NCBI GenBank assembly: GCA_018238625.1
Contig: JABCSY010000116.1
Location: forward strand, 1 to 11,938
DNA: 11,938 nucleotides
From: Promethearchaeota archaeon
GTDB lineage: Archaea > Asgardarchaeota > Lokiarchaeia > Sigyniarchaeales > SOKP01
Direction of reading: 5' to 3'
The translations under genes were made by a program, and so were the position numbers. Of this stretch, positions 7,219 through 11,938 are shown one piece after another. The notes beneath the pieces were generated by a model. That model saw nothing but the letters and a program-made list of their open reading frames with translations, did not search any database and was not told the origin of the DNA. Each line of letters starts with the position of its first letter. Positions within the stretch are counted from its first letter, which is position 1.

Positions 7219-8211
7219 GTGAATACATTAAAAGAAAGAATTAAAGGGAGAAAGAATTTTCCCACCGAGGAAGTTGACCCCGATAATTATTTGAGCGATG
7301 ATGAAGTTAGAAATTTAACCGAAAACAAAGAGACCTTAAAATTTGTACAAGAAGATTACTACAAACTTTATAATTGCGTTCATTGTGGTGAATGCGACAC
7401 AGAAGAAGAGCGGCTTCTTTTAAAACAAAGATTTCTCGAAGATGGTAATAGCGTTGAAGGTCTTGCTGATATGATAGAATGTTTTCGCAATTATCGTACG
7501 CCATATCCTTCGAATAAAATGCGTATTAGAACGCCAGAAGGAATCCCTAAAGAATCTGACACTCTTTTTTATATGGGGTGTCTTTCGACAATACGAATTC
7601 CAAGATATACAGAACATTCACTCAAATATTTGCTAAAACAAAAAGTTGATTTTACAATCTTAGATAAGGAAATATGTTGTGGGTGGCCTTGGTTCGCGTC
7701 TGGTTGTTTTCAAGAGTTTGAAACTTGTAAAGAAGAAAACATAGAAATTTTTGAAAAATTTAAAACAGTTATTTGCTTATGTCCTGCTTGTTACTTTCTT
7801 TTCAATAAATATTACAAGCCTTCAATGAAATCAGAAGTAGAATTTAAATACATCTCAGAGTACTTAAAACCTTCTGACACCAAAAAGTCAGGAAAAGTAG
7901 GGGTGCAACACCTCTGTCAACTAATGAATCGCGGCACGAAGGGCATTGATAAATTGGTAAATAACACGTTAGAAAAAAGCGGATACGAAGTCGTAGACAT
8001 ACCTCACTGGTGTTGCGGTGGTGGTCTTGGTTATATGCATCGTACTGATGTCATTGACAAAATAGCACGCAAAAGATTGGGCGATTTTGACGAAGCAGGT
8101 GGCGATTATTGCACTACGTATTGTCCGAGCTGCTGGTGGGTCTTAGCGAGATATAGTAAACTATGCAAAATAAAACCTAAAGCTAAAGATGTATTCGAAT
8201 TACTACTATAA
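7219..8211 (+). CDS. Cysteine-rich CCG-domain Fe-S protein (HdrB/HdrD/GlpC-like), paralogue A
   Basis: CVHCGEC, then two complete CCG motifs: C121-X31-CCG-X32-CPAC and C233-X31-CCG-X34-CPSC. The GTG start is preceded by an in-frame TAG. Confidence 0.9.
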   Translation: MNTLKERIKGRKNFPTEEVDPDNYLSDDEVRNLTENKETLKFVQEDYYKLYNCVHCGECDTEEERLLLKQRFLEDGNSVEGLADMIECFRNYRTPYPSNKMRIRTPEGIPKESDTLFYMGCLSTIRIPRYTEHSLKYLLKQKVDFTILDKEICCGWPWFASGCFQEFETCKEENIEIFEKFKTVICLCPACYFLFNKYYKPSMKSEVEFKYISEYLKPSDTKKSGKVGVQHLCQLMNRGTKGIDKLVNNTLEKSGYEVVDIPHWCCGGGLGYMHRTDVIDKIARKRLGDFDEAGGDYCTTYCPSCWWVLARYSKLCKIKPKAKDVFELLL

Positions 8212-8220
8212 AATACTAAA

Positions 8221-9216
8221 ATGAATGAAGATTATAGTTGTCCCTGCAGAGACGTTGACCCAGATAATTTTATTACGAATGAAGAAGTAATAGAGTTATT
8301 AAAAACTAAGGATAGTTACAAATTCAAGCAAAAAGATTATTTTAGGGTGTATAATTGCGTTCATTGTGGCGCTTGCGGCACGCATTATGAGCGGTTTCTT
8401 TTAAAGCAGAAATTTTTAGAGGATGGAAATAAGATTGAGGGTTTGAGCGAACAAATTGAGACTCTAAAAAAGTTTGGAACTCCATTCAAACATAATAAAA
8501 GCAGAATTAAACCTTTAAAGGGTACTAACAAAAATAGTAAGACATTACTATACTTTGGTTGCTTTACTACCGTGAAAACGCCAAAATATGGCGAAAACAC
8601 CGCAAAATATCTTCTAAGTAAAAATATAGACTTTTGTATCTTAGACCAAGAAATTTGCTGTGGTTATCCTATCTTGTGTACGGGGGAAGTTAACACGTAT
8701 AACCTAATGGTTGACAGAAATAAGGAGCTGTTTAAAGAAAAAGGTTTTGAAAAAATTATAACCGTATGCCCAAGTTGTTATATGGTATTTAAAAAACATT
8801 ATAGCGATTTAGGTATTAAAATAGAATACTTTACAGAATATTTAACGCTTTCAGAAGAAAAAAAATCGGGAGATATAATATTTCAACACGCTTGTCCATT
8901 AAAGTATATAGAATTTCCGGGTATTGAAGAAAAACTCAAAAAAATATATGAGGATAGCGGTTATAAAGTTGTAAATGCACCCCATTATTGTTGTGGCGGT
9001 GGCGTTGGGCATCAATTAAGAGTAGATGTCGCTGAGATGATTGCGCGTAAAAGAATGGAAGATTTTAAAGAAATAGGGGATCAAATTTCAAAAATAAGAG
9101 AAAACTCAAGTTTTATTACAACCTATTGTCCCGACGCTTTTTGGATTTTAAAATTCTATGGGAAAAAACAAAAAATAAAATGCCAACTTAAAGATCCTTG
9201 CGACCTATTGATGTAA
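8221..9216 (+). CDS. Cysteine-rich CCG-domain Fe-S protein (HdrB/HdrD/GlpC-like), paralogue B
   Basis: N-terminal CPC, then CVHCGAC. The first CCG motif is complete (FGC...ICCG...CPSC); the second ends in CPDA. It aligns with paralogue A over its full length. Confidence 0.9.
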   Translation: MNEDYSCPCRDVDPDNFITNEEVIELLKTKDSYKFKQKDYFRVYNCVHCGACGTHYERFLLKQKFLEDGNKIEGLSEQIETLKKFGTPFKHNKSRIKPLKGTNKNSKTLLYFGCFTTVKTPKYGENTAKYLLSKNIDFCILDQEICCGYPILCTGEVNTYNLMVDRNKELFKEKGFEKIITVCPSCYMVFKKHYSDLGIKIEYFTEYLTLSEEKKSGDIIFQHACPLKYIEFPGIEEKLKKIYEDSGYKVVNAPHYCCGGGVGHQLRVDVAEMIARKRMEDFKEIGDQISKIRENSSFITTYCPDAFWILKFYGKKQKIKCQLKDPCDLLM

Positions 9217-9379
9217 AAATTATACTTCCTTAATTGAAAAAACAAATTTGAATTCTTATAAAGGATCTTTTTAAAAGTACTTATCGTAAAATCGATAATT
9301 ATTAAGAATCTTTATAATTTAAACGAATAAAAATTTTAAGAGTAATTTCAAATAATCACAATAGATTGAAAATATAGTT

Positions 9380-9384
9380 GGTGA
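9380..9384 (+). promoter_or_regulatory. Archaeal ribosome-binding site GGTGA
   Basis: 9 nt before ATG 9394. Confidence 0.6.
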
Positions 9385-9393
9385 TTTTATTTT

Positions 9394-10086
9394 ATGTTGT
9401 TTTCCCAGAATGAACTTGATAATATTAAGAGAGAAATGACAAAATTAAAAGATACTATATCGTTAAAATTGTTTACTGATTTCAAAACTCAAGAGGATGG
9501 AAGTAAACTTAGAAAATGTATGGCTTGTGAAGGTACTTACGAACTATTAAAAACATTAGAAGATGTATCAGGTGGAAAATTAAGTATAGAAGAATATTCA
9601 ACTGAAGAAAACGAGGAAGACTCAAAGAAATATGATATTGTCAGAATTCCAGCTATTTTATTTGTTGACGAAGAAGAAAAGGTAGTTATTAAGTACTCAG
9701 CGACTCCTGCCGGAGCAGAGCTAGCGCCGTTTCTTAAAAGCCTTCAATACTTCTCTGGAGTGAGTCCATACTATAAAGATCAAATTGTATCCCACCTTAA
9801 GAAAATTCCTAAGTCAAAAATGAAAATGTTTATCACTAAAACTTGTCCCTATTGTCCTGCTACAGTCCCAGTGGCGAATCTATTCTCAATAGTTTCGAAA
9901 GGAAAGGTTTCTGTAGAAATAATCGATGTCGACGCCAATCCTGATATTGCTATGAAATATCAAGTACAAGGAGTACCACACACTATTATTAACGATAAAG
10001 ATCACATTTATGGCATGTTTACTCCGCAAGAATTATTGGAGAAACTAACTAAAGGTGAACGAGATTTAGGGGGTATGTATAGTTAA
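9394..10086 (+). CDS. Protein disulfide oxidoreductase (PDO / AhpF-N-like, two thioredoxin folds), paralogue A
   Basis: CMAC and CPYC sites, RIPAILF and GVPHTII cis-Pro motifs, PAGAELAPF linker; 230 aa. Confidence 0.92.
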   Translation: MLFSQNELDNIKREMTKLKDTISLKLFTDFKTQEDGSKLRKCMACEGTYELLKTLEDVSGGKLSIEEYSTEENEEDSKKYDIVRIPAILFVDEEEKVVIKYSATPAGAELAPFLKSLQYFSGVSPYYKDQIVSHLKKIPKSKMKMFITKTCPYCPATVPVANLFSIVSKGKVSVEIIDVDANPDIAMKYQVQGVPHTIINDKDHIYGMFTPQELLEKLTKGERDLGGMYS

Positions 10087-10096
10087 AGATTTAATA

Positions 10097-10102
10097 AGGT
10101 GA
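10097..10102 (+). promoter_or_regulatory. Archaeal ribosome-binding site AGGTGA
   Basis: 9 nt before ATG 10112. Confidence 0.65.
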
Positions 10103-10111
10103 TATTAGAAA

Positions 10112-10795
10112 ATGTCTCAAGACGATAAATATAAAGAAATTATTCAAAAAGAAATGGCTAAATTAACTAAGCCCGCTAAACTTAAAGTTTTTACGAGCAA
10201 AAAAAGTCAGCCTGACGGGAGTTTTATTAGAGAGTGTCAAGAATGCAACACATTTATGACGCTTTTAAAAGTGTATGAAGCGAACTCTAACGGTATGCTG
10301 ACAATCGAAGAATTGTCGATTTACGATGACCCTGAATTCGCCAAAAAATACGACATAGAACGCGTTCCTACTACTCTATTTATTGACGACGATGGTCGCG
10401 AAATAATTCGTTATCTAGCTGCCCCTCAAGGAGGAGAGATCCAACCGTTTATTCAAGCGTTGTTCGTTTTCGCAGGTGCTCCGAATTATTACGAAGCGAC
10501 AATAAAACAGAACTTGGATCGCATTCCTCCTTCAACGATTAGAGTAATGTTAACTAACGCGTGTCCCTATTGTCCTAGCGTTGCTACAGTGGTAAATTTG
10601 TTCGCTTTGGCTTCAGATGGAAAGATTCGAACGATTATAGTTGACATCATGACCAATCCAGACATAGGTCAATATTATGACGCTTCTGGAGTTCCGTATA
10701 CGATCATTAACGATAATAAGACTTTAGTTGGGATGGTTGGTGCAAACGAAATATTTAAAGCATTAATAGGAGGAAACATCAATGTTCAATATTGA
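10112..10795 (+). CDS. Protein disulfide oxidoreductase (PDO / AhpF-N-like), paralogue B
   Basis: CQEC and CPYC sites, RVPTTLF and GVPYTII, PQGGEIQPF linker; colinear with paralogue A. Confidence 0.92.
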   Translation: MSQDDKYKEIIQKEMAKLTKPAKLKVFTSKKSQPDGSFIRECQECNTFMTLLKVYEANSNGMLTIEELSIYDDPEFAKKYDIERVPTTLFIDDDGREIIRYLAAPQGGEIQPFIQALFVFAGAPNYYEATIKQNLDRIPPSTIRVMLTNACPYCPSVATVVNLFALASDGKIRTIIVDIMTNPDIGQYYDASGVPYTIINDNKTLVGMVGANEIFKALIGGNINVQY

Positions 10796-11726
10796 TATGG
10801 AAGGCGTTGATTTTGAAAAAACTTACGACCTAATTGTTTTAGGTGGTGGGCCAACTGCGATTGGATGTGCCATCTATGCCGCCAGGTTCGCGTTGAACGT
10901 TTTAATTGTAGGGAAAACATTTGGTGGATTAATTGCTACGACTCATCTTGTTGAAAATTATCCTGGAATCGCCTCAACAAGTGGTCAAGGGTTAATGGAT
11001 ATGTTTAAAGAACACATGAATTCCTTGAGCATTCCTTACATATCAGACGAGATAAGAAGCATAGAAAAAGCGGACGATCACTTTATTTTGCACTCCTTTT
11101 TTCAAAAATTTAAAGCTTATACGGTTTGCATCGCTACTGGATCTGAAAGGAAGAAGTTAGGGATCCCTGGCGAAGAGGAGTTTGCTGGAAGAGGCGTTTC
11201 TTATTGTGCTACTTGCGATGGTCCGTTTTATAAAGATAAAGTCGTAATTGTGGTTGGAGGAAGTGATTCTGCCGCTAAGGAAGCGTTGTTTTTATCGCAG
11301 AATGTGAAAAAGGTTTATATCGTTTATCGAGGAGAAGAAATCCGAGCGGAACCGATAAATAAAAAACGAGTTTACGAAAACGAAAAAATTGAAATTATAT
11401 ACAAAACTAACATCGTAGAAATTAAAGGAGACACTTCTGTTAAGTCAGTTATATTCGACAACGGAAAGGAATTTGATATAGATGGCGTATTTATCGAAGT
11501 GGGTTCTATTCCCAATTCAGATTTAGCCAAACGCATAAGCGTTAAAACAGATGAGAAAGACGAAATAATTATCAATAGAAAATCTGAGACGAATATACCC
11601 GGTATTTTCGCCGCTGGAGACGTTGCAGACGCCCCGTTTAAGCAAGCAATTACCGGAGTAGCGGAAGGGGTTATAGCGGCGTATTCAGCTTTCGATTATG
11701 TCAAAGAAATGAATATCGAATATTAA
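10782..11726 (+). CDS. trxB: Thioredoxin reductase (low-molecular-weight type)
   Basis: IVLGGGP, VENYPG, IATGS, GRGVSYCATCDG active site, VVGGSDSA, TNIPGIFAAGD, QAITGVAEG. The start is either 10782 (GGAGG at 10769-10773; 14-nt overlap with PDO B) or ATG 10797. Confidence 0.93.
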   Translation: MFNIDMEGVDFEKTYDLIVLGGGPTAIGCAIYAARFALNVLIVGKTFGGLIATTHLVENYPGIASTSGQGLMDMFKEHMNSLSIPYISDEIRSIEKADDHFILHSFFQKFKAYTVCIATGSERKKLGIPGEEEFAGRGVSYCATCDGPFYKDKVVIVVGGSDSAAKEALFLSQNVKKVYIVYRGEEIRAEPINKKRVYENEKIEIIYKTNIVEIKGDTSVKSVIFDNGKEFDIDGVFIEVGSIPNSDLAKRISVKTDEKDEIIINRKSETNIPGIFAAGDVADAPFKQAITGVAEGVIAAYSAFDYVKEMNIEY

Positions 11727-11765
11727 TTTAAGATTTTCTTTCTAATTTTATTAATGTTATTATAT

Positions 11766-11938
11766 TTAAGAGAAATATTGAGTTGCTAGCTCCTCTGCTG
11801 AGTTAAATGAAGAAACCTCACCATTAAAATTTTCCAATTCTTCTTTATATTTTTGTTCAAATTCCAATGTGAATTTCTCGTGTGCTAATTCAGAAGCTTG
11901 GGTCGTAAATTCGACTATGAGTACACAAATAAAGTTTT
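11766..11938 (-). CDS. C-terminal 56 aa of a protein ending in a longin-like domain (5' end beyond the window)
   Basis: Not in the ORF track. Hand translation: NFICVLIVEFTTQASELAHEKFTLEFEQKYKEELENFNGEVSSFNSAEELATQYFS*, stop at 11768-11766. The strand-helix pattern F..EFE..Y...L..F.G.V..F...F resembles C-terminal longin-like domains common in Asgard proteins (recognised from memory). Confidence 0.7.
   Translation of the reverse strand, partial: NFICVLIVEFTTQASELAHEKFTLEFEQKYKEELENFNGEVSSFNSAEELATQYFS

Noticed and set aside
7219-9216. Calling the CCG pair hdrB/hdrD (methanogenic heterodisulfide reductase)
   Set aside because: The N-terminal Fe-S module is non-canonical and no hdrA/C/E is nearby. 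CCG domains also occur in GlpC, GlcF and LutA-type proteins.
2058-10795. Selenocysteine read-through at TGA stops (2058-2060, 4416-4418, 10793-10795), considered because this is a redox cluster in a probable Asgard genome
   Set aside because: None of the TGAs falls at a catalytic Cys position, the proteins appear complete, read-through gives only short meaningless extensions, and no SECIS-like hairpin was seen in the AT-rich 3' regions.
7307-11575. Track ORFs 7307..7504, 7420..7617, 8385..8600, 11372..11575 (all -)
   Set aside because: Antisense shadows of the CCG and TrxR genes.
1-11938. CRISPR arrays, tRNA/rRNA, IS elements
   Set aside because: No regularly spaced repeats, GC-rich structured RNA segments, transposase motifs or terminal inverted repeats seen; intergenic gaps are short and AT-rich.

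Overview
AT-rich archaeal window (roughly 30% GC, estimated by eye), most likely Asgard (Lokiarchaeia-like). That call is inferred from a longin-like/small-GTPase fusion, a second longin-like C-terminus at the right edge, an archaeal HTH_10 regulator, TATA-box/leaderless starts and GGTGA/GGAGG ribosome-binding sites. The window is a dense thiol/disulfide and Fe-S redox island. Left arm: an NAD(P)H/FAD oxidoreductase (truncated, missing from the ORF track), a 2x[4Fe-4S] protein, an HTH_10 regulator, an iron-sulfur flavoprotein and a glutaredoxin-like protein. Right arm, all on the + strand: HEAT protein, glutaredoxin, ferredoxin:thioredoxin reductase catalytic subunit, an unlisted 51-aa ORF, two tandem CCG-domain (HdrB/D-like) paralogues, two tandem protein-disulfide oxidoreductases (PDO) and thioredoxin reductase. 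Standout leads: (1) a longin/uDENN-like domain with an NPRL2/FLCN/SMCR8-like arginine-finger motif fused to a non-canonical Ras-like domain; (2) the Grx-FTR-CCGx2-PDOx2-TrxR cluster as a possible dual-input disulfide-reducing system; (3) a PDO ending in a proteasome-type HbYX motif. No rRNA, tRNA, CRISPR array or mobile element was seen. All family assignments come from motif recognition, not database searches.
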